Assembly: GCF_052425735.1 (NCBI RefSeq) | Contig: NC_135769.1 | Location: forward strand, 2,046,001-2,110,000 | Source: Oculina patagonica | Taxonomy: Eukaryota | Direction: 5' to 3' | Length of the DNA: 64,000 bases | In this document: positions 24,880 to 37,197 of the stretch, one piece after another | How the letters are laid out: every line of letters begins with the position of its first letter | Position numbering within the stretch: the stretch's first letter is position 1 | The notes under the pieces: model-generated | What the model saw: the letters and a program-made list of their open reading frames with translations, nothing else | Database searches by the model: none | What the model was told of the DNA's origin: nothing | Made by a program: the position numbers and the translations under genes

Positions 24880-27800
24880 ATGAGTATGTACAGCTTTTCC
24901 TTGAGGTTTGCTTGTAGAGCACAAATATCAAGAAAAACATTTGCATGGAAAACCAGGGGTCAGTTAAACCAGCTTTGTTTCTTTGTTTGCTGTTGGCGTA
25001 CTTAACTAATTAAGGCTCTTATTACAAGCAGGAAGGGTAACCCAAGTGCTAGGCTAGGGTAATAAATACCCTGGCAGGAGGGTCAAGAATAGCCTGGGTT
25101 ACAAACAAAATTTCACTGGAAGGGTTACCTTACCTCCCAGGACACCTTTATGTGTTTGGTAACCGCACATGGTTACCAAGCATCACAAACAACAATCAAA
25201 GGGTCTGGAAACCAGATGCAAGTTGTCATGGGTAGGCTAGTTGTCCTTAGCAGAACATTTACAAGGCAGCTAGGGTTACCCTTGCACTAGGGTAACCCTA
25301 GAACGAGGGTGGCATGCTAAGGTAAACCCTGGCTGCCTTGTTTCTTATGTTTGAATGCTGGGCCCTATTAGTTCTTGTGCTAAATCAGTTACTGAGGGTA
25401 AACAAATGTCATTTTTTTTTGTAAATATTTTAATGAAAAATGTGCAAGTGCTAGGGTAACCCTCTCACTAGAGTAATCTTAGCAGTTAGGCCCGTCGGGA
25501 GGGAGGTGCGATTGGTGCACCTGCACCTCCCCCCCCCCCCCCATGAGCTATAGAAGTCCACCTACTGTGGATCAATAGCTACATAGAAAATATTTTTTTA
25601 AAAAAATACTCTTCCCTTCCTGCTTATAAACAATGCTAAAAGTTTAATAACTGTACATTCCGTTCACTAGCAGGCCAAGTCCAACCAAGCGGTTTCAAGT
25701 CAACTTCGTCATTTTCGTCCACCCATGATTACATCATCATTGGAGGCGGATCTGCTGGATGTGTTCTAGCCAATCGGCTCACAGAAAATCCAGATACAAA
25801 GGTGCTTCTCCTTGAAGCTGGACCAAAAGACAACACATGGAAAATCCACATGCCAGCAGCAATGCCATACAACCTAGATGCTGACAGTCATAACTGGTGC
25901 TATACATCACAACCTCAAGAAAATTTGCAAAATAGGTAATTGCAATTTGTTTTCTTGATCTGTATTTCATAAGCGATTAAAAAGAAATACACTGGCAAAA
26001 CCATAGTTTTGCCAATGTTTAAGGTGCATTCTTAAAACGACCCTTATACCTTGACTCTGTCCCTTCCTTTTCAGGAGAAATAATAAGGGATAAGGAGAAG
26101 CCACGAGCCAAGCGGCCCACACTGCCGGAGCTTATCCCGGTTTCCGTAGCATTAAGCGGCTAGGAATATTTCTACTCCCCCCTGAATGGGATGCTAGTCC
26201 ATTGCAGGGTTCCCCCCCAGCATTATGTCGCCGGTACCCATTTATACACCTGGGTGGAGAGAGGCACTATGAGAGTAAAGTGTCTTGCCCAAGAACACAA
26301 CACAAGTGACCTCGGCCGGGGCTCGAACTCAGACCGCTCGATCCGGAGTCCGGCGCACTAACCATTAGGCCACCACGCCTCCCACATCAGGAGAAATACC
26401 CCCTTAAAAAAGAGAAGTGCATAGAGCACTAAAGAGTATAGCCTCCTCTGCAGGCAACTCCCTTTGTTACAGAAAAGAGACCTGGGGGGGTACTCAAAAA
26501 AGTTTTATACGGGGAGGCTCCACCCCGAGGTCCAACCCCTTACCCTTTTATATACCAGAAAAAGCACTCCTTTCGTATACCTGTTATAGAAAAAAGGTAC
26601 CTCTTTCATATACCTACACGACACAAAATATACTTAATTAAAACAGGACGTTTTCTTGACATTTTTTATGTAGCGCTTAATAAATTAAGACGATACAGCC
26701 ATAAGTTGCGTCTGTTCAAAATAATTAATTTATAGGCCTTTTTAAATATCTTAATGACAGATTTCCCTACCCTTTCATATACCTAAACTTGTGAAATCCC
26801 TACCCTTTTATATACCTGAAGCCTGAAAATGGTACCCCTTTCAGGCGGAGCCTCCCCATATAGGCCATTATATGGAGTACCCCCCCCCCCCCGGAAAAAG
26901 AGACTGGGACTGAGCAAAAGAGCAAAAAACAAGGGGGAGAGGGAGAAAGAAAAAGCACACCCCTTATTTTTTCCGGACTACTTCGTCCCCAGTCTTCCTC
27001 CCTACTAGTCCCACTTTTCTCTCTCTTCCTCTCTGCTACCACAGGAATCCCAATATTAAGTATTCAAAGGAGTAGCCTGTGGAGGAAGCTATCAAGAGTA
27101 AAGGGGCATCTAATTCCTTCATTTTGCCTCTGTTTGAAAACGAGTCCAAGGAACATGTTTGATTTACATGAGAAAGAACTTGCAGTAAAAGCATGAAATC
27201 ACCAGCACTTGTGTAGAAATGGAGGTATAAGGAACTCAGAAATGGCCTAGCCAATGCTTCCTCCGCTCCCTAACATTTCAGATTTGAGCCGAAAACTTCT
27301 ATACTGATGACAACTGGCTTTAACTGAGTCTTGAATTACAGCTTAGTCTTAAATTACAAGGATTCTCTTGAATTACAAGGATTCTCAGGCTACAAGAATA
27401 CTCAGGCTTCTCGCCTGATGGTAAAATAAACTGAGTGAGCATTGAAGCAATTCGTGAGTCGCGAGACTGGACCTTTAGCAACTTGCATTTCCTTTAAAAA
27501 GTTTTTATGGGTACAATAAAGTGGGTTGTGTGGTGTTGTTGTTGTTGTTGTTGTTTAGAATCCTCTGACAAATTGTCTTTTGTGGGGCTATAAAACTCCA
27601 ATCGTTTTCTGTCATGTTCTGTGTTGCAGGACCATGTATCATCCTAGAGGTCGAGTATTGGGCGGTTCCTCGTCGATAAATGCGATGATTTTCGCGCGAG
27701 GACATGCATTTGATTTCGACAGATGGGACAGAGAAGGTGCCACAGGGTGGTCTTACGCAGGTTGTCTGCCTTACTTCAAGAAGTCAGAAACCTACGAGCC

Positions 27801-30800
27801 TGGTACGTCTGTTCACGGGGATCGATAACAGGGGCCTTATCGCTAGCCTTCAAGCCTTATCATGCCCAGATGTTATGTTCGTAAGATTTTGACGCCCGAT
27901 AAGTTTGCCCTTACTGTACGAAATCCTTAGTGATTTCGAACCTCCTCTTTTTTTCTCCCAGGTGGTGAAATCACCAACGATTATCCGATTAGTTCCCTTT
28001 CCACTTTACACCCTCTCACTACTATTCCCTCCTCCTCCCCTCACCCCTTTCTCTCTGGTACTCTCGACATAACAACATGACCAAGTACAAGAATTTGCCA
28101 ATGATTTTAGAGCAGTGTTCAGTTAAGTGTCGTTAAACCAAAACCAAAGTAATTTACTCTGGCCAATCACAAAGGACACAGACAATCCAGTAAACCAGTC
28201 AAAACTCGAAGAAAATACATGTAGCCAGCACGAAGCGCGGGAAAATGTGGGCGAGCAAGACACCATTGCTTTTGGTTTAAGTCCTGATTGGTCGAGAATG
28301 TGGCGCGAGAATTTTAAACCAATCACTCAGTGTAGTAATGCAAAACCAAAGCCGAAGCGCAAATTACTTTCAACACTCAAGCAAAAACCGCTCTAACTGT
28401 TCAATCCAATTATCTTTCTTTGGTCTAGGTGCTAACCAATACCGAGGTGGAAGCGGCCCGCTGCGCGTGTCACGTGGTACAAGCTCCAACCCTCTGCACC
28501 AGACCTTTCTTGATGCAGGTATTGAAGCTGGCTATCCATCCACAGAAGACTTCAACGGCTATCAACAGGAAGGGATTGGGCGGCTAGATCGAACTGTGCA
28601 TGACGGAAAACGATGGAGCGCGGCAACGGCGTTTCTTAAACCCGCTCTACATCGAAAGAACTTATTCATTGAAACAAGGGCGCTGGCAAACAGAGTTCTA
28701 TTTGAAAACGACAAAGCTACTGGGGTAGAATACTGCGTCGGGAACTCAACAACAAGCGCGCGTGCTTCTAGAGAAGTTATTGTTTGTGGAGGAGTGTTCA
28801 ATTCACCGCAGCTTCTTATGTTGTCTGGTATTGGAGATGAGGAGGAGTTAAAGGCGTTGGGAATACCCGTGGTGGCTAATTTACCAGGAGTAGGAAAAAA
28901 TCTACAAGATCATGTGCAAGTTTATGTACAATATGTAAGTAATAAAGATAAGATGTTCTACATGACACGAGCATGGGACAAAGAAAAATTCTGAGTCCCC
29001 GACGGGAATCGAACCCATGGCCTCCCAGAATACCGGTTGGGCGCTCTAACCAACTGAGCTACGAGAGACTCGTTGTGAGCTGGGCCATTTTACTAGGTTG
29101 ATATGTGACACGCGTCCTACATACTGCTAGCATCAGCAATGTCGAATTCATCAAGTTTTGTAGTAAATAATAAAGATGGTAAATTTTAAGCTCGGTAATA
29201 AATAATAAAGATAAGATGTTCTACATGACACGAGCATGGGACAAAGAAAAATTCTGAGTCCCCGACGGGAATCGAACCCATGGCCTCCCAGAATACCGGT
29301 TGGGTATGGGTTCGATTCCCGTCGGGGACTCAGAATTTTTCTTTGTCCCATGCTCGTGTCATGTAGAACATCTTATCTTTATTATTTATTACCGAGCTTA
29401 AAATTTACCATCTTTATTATTTACTACAATATGTAAGTACATTTGATTAAGAACGTTTAGGGGTATCGAATGGTCTTTGCGAGCATGCGAGCAGAGCGGT
29501 TTTCTTTGCGAGCACGAGCATTGACAAAAGATAGCCTTGCGAGCAACGAGCACTTTTCAATAAGCTTCTTCTACTAAAGTCGAGCATGCGAGCACTTGAA
29601 AAAAGGTGCGAGCACGAGCAAACGAGCATCCACTAAAATTTTGCGAGCATTCCGAGCAGATGCCTAATTTTGCGAGCACCATTTATGACCCCTAACGTTT
29701 GTGCTATAGCTACTTGTTTGTGCGCGTCCTTTCTGCGCACGGATTGCGCGCAGTGGAAAAAACTGGACTGTGGTAGGGCCTGGTTGTTCAAAGGGTGGAT
29801 AACGCTATCCACCGGAAAATTCACTATCCAGTGGATAGCGTATTATATTCTTCAAGCACTTATCAACTCGATAGCGATTTTTTCATCCTTTGAAAACCCG
29901 GCCCTGGTGTCAGGGTGGTCGTCGCTGCAATATTGATCTTTGTATGGATTAACGATCTTGGATGCCCGGTACCCGCCGTTTTTCTTTCGATATATTACCA
30001 TATTTATTGATTATCTCCACTTTCACATAAAAAGGAAGTCTTTTTCCACTGAGGTGCGATCGAATTGCTATAATATGCGGTTGTGTAAGATTTGGAAGAA
30101 TTCTTCGTGGAGTTTTGTTCTCAGTCGTGAGAAATTACTACTCTCGTCATTTTCTGCTTAGCTAAGCTTTTATTTTGAGGCTTCCTTCAGTGTAAATAGA
30201 ACTTAGAGTGACGGAGAATAACTTGCGTCCTGATTAACCGTTGGACGTGATCAGAGGCGTGATTAGTATCTGAACATGTGTAAATCATATGACAAGCACT
30301 GCAGTCGGGGAAGCAAGGACCGTTTTTATCAAATCTGCGGCTACAACTCGTTTATGACAATTGTCCTTTTTGTAATAACTTTGAGTTCTGCCTGTATGCG
30401 ACGAGTGAGTCAAGATCACCATAAACATCATGTTCCTAGATGATGTTTTGGTCCACTTGATAAAAGATCCTGGAAGGTAGCAGGACACCTTTCGCTCAGG
30501 TCAAAGGTAATTAAGTCTGCATTCGACCCTAGTGGCCCATCGACCGGAGCTTATCCCGGTTTTCGTAGCATGAAGGGACTATAAGCATTTCCACTTCGCC
30601 TTGATGGGATGTTAGTCCATCGCAGGGTTACCCCTAGCATTAAATTTGTCGGTACCCCTTTATACCCCTGGGTGGAGAGAGGCATTATGAGAGTAAAAAA
30701 ATTTGCACAAGAACATAAGTTTAAAAGTTCACTAATCAGCCTTGTTACAACAGGAATGTCTCCAGCCCGTAACACTAAACAGCGCCTTTAAACTGCACAA

Positions 30801-32678
30801 CATGGTCATGGCGGGAACACAGTGGTTTTTATTTAAGAGCGGGACGTGTGCCACAAACCATTTCGAGAGCGGTGGATTCGTCAAAAGTGAACCTGATGTA
30901 TCACACCCGGATATAGAGATGCAATTTGTTCCTGTTGTTATGAGGGAAGCGGGGACATCTCAGATTATCCAACATGGATATCAGGTAAATAATTCACATA
31001 TACAGTCTTTTAAAGGTCTGGCAAAACGAGAAAACATGTTTCCAAGAACACCCGTAGCGCGCGCATGTTTCCCCAATGTTTCCAGGTTTTGCCACACGAG
31101 AAGCATTGTTTGCAGCGTCAACTTTGTCTCCAAGAAGCAAAATATGCTTCTACTACACGGCAGAAACATAATTCTGTGTTTCTGCGTGACATGGAACCAT
31201 GGCAAAACGAGGAAACAATTTTGAAAACAGATTTCTGAAGACATGTCGGCCTCGTTTTACCAGGCCTATAAGTGAGCAAAATGGGAACTGTGTGGTGGCC
31301 TCATGATTGGTACATTACGGATTCGAGACTGGCCAACGTGAGGAAGAGAAACGATAAATTGGCGTTGTCCTTTATATATATAAAGTTAAACATAGATTAT
31401 GTCCTAATAGCATCTGTAACATTTTTAACGAGCATAATTCCACGTATAACCTGAGACAATCAGATTTTTCTACTCCTAGATACAACACTGTTACTTATGG
31501 AAAGCACTCTTTGCGTTGTGTTGGACCCAAACTATATGGGGCAAACTTTCTACGGCTGACAGATCAGCCAAGACACTGCAGGCTTTTACAAACCGTATTC
31601 ACAAAAGGGATATAACTCGCTTAATGGACAACGGCTGTAAGGGATGCATCCTATGCTGCACATANNNNNNNNNNNNNNNNNNNNNNNNNNNNNNNNNNNN
31701 NNNNNNNNNNNNNNNNNNNNNNNNNNNNNNNNNNNNNNNNNNNNNNNNNNNNNNNNNNNNNNNNNNNNNNNNNNNNNNNNNNNNNNNNNNNNNNNNNNNN
31801 NNNNNNNNNNNNNATTTTTCTATATCATAGATTATAATAACATTTTTATATGACTTATATATATTTTTATTGTATTTATATTTAGTATTAGTGTAGCTTT
31901 TAGTTTTTAGCAGTGTCCCCTAATTAGTATGGTATTATTTTCCAGGCTATAAGGTTTTGACACTTAAATAAAGTTTCTTATCTTATCTTATCTTTATCTT
32001 TCCGCCAAACAACCGTTTCTGTAACACTTTTTGTTTATTTTGTTTCAGCTCTGTATTGAATTCCTAAGACCCAGGAGCCGAGGCTTTGTCAAGCTGCGGT
32101 CACGTGATCCACTCACTCATCCTGTCATTCAACCAAACTATTTGACACGTGACAGCGATCGCCGGCTCATGAGGACCTGCGTACGAATCGCCCGTCATGT
32201 GCTCAACCAGAAGGCCTTTGAACCTTACAGAGGAAAAGAATTAAAACCAGGTTTGTTAAAGATCTGTCTTATGTGGAAAATGAATCTCTTGAAAGAGCTC
32301 TAATCTGCGCGAAATCTTCCTGTCTTTGAGAGCGCCTGGTTTCCATTGTTGTAACGCATTTCCTCACCACTCTTCGTAGGTACATCATGTAAAACAGAAG
32401 AAGAAATAGATGCTTTCGTACGAGGATTCGCCAAGACCGATTACCATCCCTGTGGCACGTGCAAAATGGGAGCCGACGATGATCCGACGGCTGTTGTCGA
32501 CAAGAATACGCGAGTCTTCGGAGTCGACAATCTTCGGGTCGTGGATGCGTCTGTTATGCCCAGTATAGTCAGCGGTAATCTGAACGCGGCCACGATCATG
32601 ATTGCGGAAAAGGCAGCGGACTGCATTTTAGGGAAACCGCCATTGCCCAAGGAACATGTACCAGTCTATGGCAAATAG
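24880..32678 (+). CDS. Divergent choline dehydrogenase-like GMC oxidoreductase, copy D (~584 aa). Exons 24880-24958, 25671-25935, 27630-27802, 28429-28934, 30754-30984, 32049-32250, 32380-32678
   Basis: Spliced ORF of 1755 nt; [19 protein letters not shown] presequence; [11 protein letters not shown]; GGSSSINAM; QDHVQ; [12 protein letters not shown]; SGNLNAAT; same intron positions as A-C. Confidence 0.88.
26100..26385 (-). mobile_element. tRNA-derived SINE, near full length
   Basis: tRNA-like head with GGTTAGTGC and GTTCGAG boxes on the - strand; same body as 57283-57555. Confidence 0.8.
26481..26895. mobile_element. CCnGGGGGG-TACT MITE nested in an older TAGCC-ended element (~26439-27091)
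   Basis: 8-bp TSD AAAAGAGA; inverted copy of 33861-34285. Confidence 0.8.
28109..28395. repeat. Interspersed TIR repeat (TAGAGC...GCTCTA); related copies at ~16820-16951 and ~20722-21008
   Basis: Shared AAACCAATCAC...GTAATGCAAAACCAAAGC...AAAACCGCTCTA. Confidence 0.7.
28942..29428. mobile_element. tRNA-containing retro-like insert with tandem plus inverted (hairpin) structure at the exon 4 donor of gene D
   Basis: tRNA-like segment 28994-29069 (-); direct repeat 28941-29041/29204-29304; inverted arms 29158-29282/29306-29429; 15-bp duplication TACAATATGTAAGTA. Confidence 0.8.
29458..29694. mobile_element. hAT-like MITE (TAGGGG...CCCCTA); related copy at ~3518-3740
   Basis: TIRs; ACGTTT on both flanks; GCGAGCA internal repeats; absent from E. 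Confidence 0.7.
31390..31995 (+). mobile_element. LINE (CR1/L2-group) 3' fragment spanning the assembly gap
   Basis: [30 protein letters not shown]-like peptide; AATAAA followed by a (TCTTA)n tail. Confidence 0.65.
31665..31813. other. Assembly gap (149 N) in intron 5 of gene D
   Basis: Run of N. Confidence 1.
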
Positions 32679-33860
32679 TAGATCTTGATCTTTCGTTATT
32701 TTTACGAAACTGTAGTGCGTCGGGAGCTCCTAAAAACGCGGAAATTTATTTATATATTTATATTGTGGTTTAATTTTATATTTGGATTAAAATTTTTCAA
32801 ACCAGTTTGATTTTGATTTTTCATTGTCTTGTATTCATTATCATAATCTGAAACAAAGGGAAATGAAAATCAAACTGGTTTGAAAAATTTTAAACCAAAG
32901 ATAAAATTAAACCATAACATATACACGCCGGTCACTGTCAACAGTGATTTTCCCAAAAGGGCGGCGGGTCTAATTCGAAGGTCACAGGTCACAGGTCTCT
33001 GGTAACTGGCCGCTTAATAGGAGGCCGCTTGATAGAGGTTAAACTGTATAAATTTCGTATTAATTGAAATTATTGTGGCATCTGTAATATTACTTGGCTT
33101 CACACTAGAGCTCGTAAGTATAATCTAAGTGCAATTGGAACCTACTTGAGTGTGAAGGGGTAAAACGTACTTACTTGAACTTTACTTGGTGACCATGGAA
33201 ACTTTCGTAGTTCAAAGAAGCCGAAGTACGCCACCAAGTATGGTCTACACCACACTTGAGAACGCACTTGACCAATAGGAAATGGAAGCCAAATGAGAGC
33301 GGCGTGCAGCGTTGTCACGATTCTGAAGATGATTGACGGCTTGTACCTCAAGTAATATACCATGTCGTCAAGTGTGAAGCCAAGTTTTGTAAAGTGCGAC
33401 TTGAGATTTTCAAGTGCACTTGACTCAAGTGCTGACTTAAAACTAACTTAGCTTCTAGTGTGAAGCCAAGTAATAACTAAAAATGATTATTTATTGATTT
33501 AATGTAGTTCATTGTTTGCTTACGAACCTTGGTCGTTAACTTTCGTTATAACAGAACTCAAACGACGGAAGTGTTGATAGAATTCGGGTTTTCTGCGCGA
33601 TGAAACGTATCATTTTAGTTGCCTGGGCTGTTATTGGCTGTACAGAGGGAGAACATTGCACGCCCATATTGAATCTAATTAAAGAAGGTCAATTACGATT
33701 GTAGACGTGTTAAGAACACTGTCTTTCGGTATTATTGTTTAAAGAAATATTAGAATCCCGATTTCTTTAACCTGCAGGGGAAATGAAAATTGCTTCGAGA
33801 AATCGGGAGGTTCGTGAAATCAGAGGTAAAGTTATAGAGGTGTACTATATGACCCTTGAT

Positions 33861-34285
33861 CCCGGGGGGGGGGGTACTCCCTATAATGGCCTATACGGGG
33901 AGGCTCCGCCCGAAAGGGGTACCTTTTTCAGGCTTCAGGTATATAAAAGGGTAGGGATTTCACGAGTTTAAGTATATGAAAGGGTATGGAAATCTGTCAT
34001 TTGCTTATTTAAAAGGGCCTTTAATTAAAATATTTCGAACAGACGCAATTTATGGCTGTATTATTTTAATTTATTAAGCGCTACATAAAAATGACAAGAA
34101 AACGTCCTATTTTAAGTCCACGCCATGTCTCTTAGATATATGAAAGGGGTACCTTTTTCAGTTAAAGGTATACGAAAGGGGTACAATTTCTGTCAAAAAT
34201 GGTAATATAAAAGGGTAAGGGGTTAGAACTTGGGGCGGAGCCTCCCCGTATAAAACTTTTTTCAGTACCCCCCCCCCCCCCCGGG
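33861..34285. mobile_element. CCCGGGGGG-TACT MITE
   Basis: 8-bp TSD CCCTTGAT. Confidence 0.85.
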
Positions 34286-34903
34286 CCCTTGATACTATCC
34301 AAGGGAAACGAAAATTGTTTCGAGAAATCGGGAGTTTCGAAAAGCCGGGATTTTACTGTACTTTAAGTCCTTGTTTAATAGAGTATTCGCAGATAAAAAG
34401 GAGAGCCATTAGACCTTTGGTTGATGCACAAAACTGTTAAGAAGATCTGTTGTGTTATTTTATTAATTTCTGAAAAGTTATGGGAGGAACCTTTTTGAAC
34501 AAAAAACAAATATGTGTTTTACCCAGAGGAGGTTGGACAGCAGTCACGTGGCCAATTTTTGACCAATGAGAATGGTCATTTTACGTGACCTTGGCGAACC
34601 GTAAAAAAGATTCCACAGCGAGAAGGTGGCAGTTATTTGCGTTTTACTGATCCGTTTTGGACGCTAGTCGTCAGAAAATCGTTAGTTGATTTTTCATTGC
34701 ATATTTTTGTCATGATCTGAAGAGCCGTCGAACGGTGTTGTTAGTTTTATACGTGTCATATGACACATTTTCTGTGTTTTACCTGCGAATTCCTTTTTGT
34801 GGCAGCGAGTTCAAAATAAGGAATTTTCGAGAGAGATGATTGATTATATTATCTGCTGCCTGTGTCCTGCGAATAACCTGCGACCTGCGGACTAGGCCCG
34901 CCG

Positions 34904-35220
34904 TCATTCACGCAGATGTCACGATCTTAAATTAAAATATTTATTTTTAAAGAAACGCGAAATATTTTGGGTTTATGGTAAACCATTTTCAGCATCTACC
35001 ATTGAAAGGCACTCTATGCTCTTGCAAAGACACTTGTAAGCTTTACAGCAGTTTATTTCGATAGCCTTGCTACGTGTCTCCTGTACCGCTCAGAGATCGT
35101 GGACCGGAGACCCCCACCAAAGAGGGAGGCTTAGTGGGTGCATGGATCCTTCCCTCCCCCCTGTACGTAGCCGCATGGTCAGAAAGAAAACTACATTAAA
35201 CTCAAGGCAAAAATCCTCTC
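34904..35220. pseudogene. Duplicated remnant of the gene C 5' region (copy of ~22175-22495)
   Basis: Colinear similarity, e.g. atatttatttttaaagaaacgc, gcagtttatttcga, cagagatcgtgga, agtgggtgcatgga. Confidence 0.75.
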
Positions 35221-35254
35221 CAATAAACCCCCCCCCCCCCCCTCCGCCGGAGTG

Positions 35255-35795
35255 AATTCGACGTTTTTTTAAGCGCGAAAACATCAAGACGGCTTTTAAA
35301 ACCACTAAAAACATTGGTTAATGTTCTCAAAAAGCCCCAAAAACGGCCAACAAAAGAAAAGTTGAAAGGCATTGTGTACAAAGTGAGCCACAGAACGTGC
35401 CCATTTTGTTGGAGACCTTATGCGTCACTGGTTGCCTCTCTAGGGGGCAACGAACAATAACGTCTTAGCTAACATATTTGCATTCTGTGGCAAGATTTCC
35501 GCACAGCCCCAAAACAGTTAATTATGCATACAATTTTCTGACTGACTCGTTCTTTTCATGATTGCTCTTTGTGTATGGTGATGGTATAAAATAGTTGCAT
35601 ACATAATTAATGCATGGGTTGTGCGGAAATCTTACCCATTCGGCATTCTGTTACCCTTGAAGAGACATTTCTCTAAAGAAGACCGCAGAGACAGTCGAAA
35701 ATTCAGTTGTTTTTCTTTTTTAACGTTTTAGATCTGTTTTAAACGTTTTTAAAAATAGTTATGAACATAGATCGCTTCAGCAGTTTTATAAGTAT
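35255..35795 (+). mobile_element. Decayed Penelope-like element: GIY-YIG-adjacent coding remnant (35255-35410) and 3' end with a hammerhead-like motif (~35670-35705), interrupted by a small MITE (~35489-35636)
   Basis: Frameshifted RENIKTAFK/PLKTLVNVLKKP...LKGIVYKVSHRTCP; CTAAAGAAGAC...GTCGAAA. Confidence 0.6.
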
Positions 35796-36614
35796 GGCAT
35801 CTATTGTGTTATGCCTCATTCTACAAAGCGTTCTGATACATGTAAATAAGGTGCACCAAAGCGGCCCTGAATTCTGTAGTTGCTCCAGGCTTCTTTTATT
35901 CTCCGACCGGTGCAAATATATCCTTCAGCTGTGCGACCCGTAAGTATCAATATTGTGTTATTGTGTTGTATATAAGCGTTTTACTTTCCGTGACTTGAGA
36001 AGAACCATCTCGCCTTACTTGCACAGGTGCCCAAGCAAGACTTTAACTGCCGGTTAAAAGTTTTGGATAAGCTTATCTGAGCGTTGCTCAAGCGTTCCGA
36101 CCCGTTAAGGGCCTGATTATATGAGTTACTTAAACGCAACAAAAATCAACTTTGCGATTTTATGACAACCAGGCCAGTCCGGTTAGTCGAGATCCCGGTA
36201 TCGCGATGCCGGGATCCCGGCTAGCCGAGCTGAAAATTTTCCATGGTAATCACGTTTAATACGAGCAATGAGCAAAATGTCCGCGCGTATTATATGTTAA
36301 ACCATCGAATAAGGGATTTATTATTCCACTAAGTTTGGGTCTGTATTCCGTAAGTTTGTCCGTCGGTATTCTTGCCATGTTCTACAGTGTAATAACGTGG
36401 CATATTGGGGTTTTCACCGCAAAACACCAATACTTCTAGCTAGCTGCCAAAATCTTGTAAAGGGTTGTACAGGAAAAGAAATAAAAAAGCTACCATATTA
36501 TGTTGGTGGTCTAGACTGTTCAAGCATGAAAAATGGTTTATCTTTCAGGGGTCACCCCCCCCCCCCCACCCCCTGTGGTTGCACCTGCCCATCACCTTTA
36601 AGCTGGCTCAGTAG

Positions 36615-37077
36615 CCCGGGGGAGGGGTACTTCCTATAATGGCCTATACAGGGAGGCTCCCCCCGAAAGAGGTACCTTTTTCAAGGTTTCAGGTATATAA
36701 AAATAAAGTTCTTATTATTATATAATATAGTATATAATATAATATAATTATTATATAGTATATAAAAATAAAGTTCTTATTATTATTATTATATTATTAA
36801 AAGGGTAAGGATTTCACAAGTTTAGGTATATGAAAGAGTAGGGAAATCTTCGTTAGGTAAAACAGATTGAACAAACGCACCCTATGGCTCTATCAATTTA
36901 ATTTATTAAGCGCTACATAAAAAAAGATATATGAAAAGGTATATGAAAGGGGTGCCTTTTTTCAATAAAAGGTATTCGATAGGGGTAACTTTTCTGTCAA
37001 AGTAGTATATAAAAGGGTAGGGGGTTGGACAATGGGGCGGAGCCTCCCCGTAATAAGTTTTCTGAGTAACCCCTGGG
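36615..37077. mobile_element. CCCGGGGG-TACT MITE
   Basis: Same body as 33861-34285; CTCAGTA on both flanks. Confidence 0.75.
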
Positions 37078-37197
37078 CTCAGTAATCATTCCTCCCTTCT
37101 CTCAGCAAACATGCAAAAAACATTGATAGGGAAACTTGGTAGGGTTCTCCCGTGGACGAATGTTAATGGCTAATTGTTATTCATTTCACAGACATGC

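Noticed and set aside
28994-29069. tRNA gene
   Set aside because: It has A/B boxes but an irregular anticodon arm and is embedded in a repeated, rearranged insert, so it is treated as a tRNA-derived repeat
29151-29436. Two near-identical 66-aa ORFs on opposite strands
   Set aside because: Artefact of the inverted repeat
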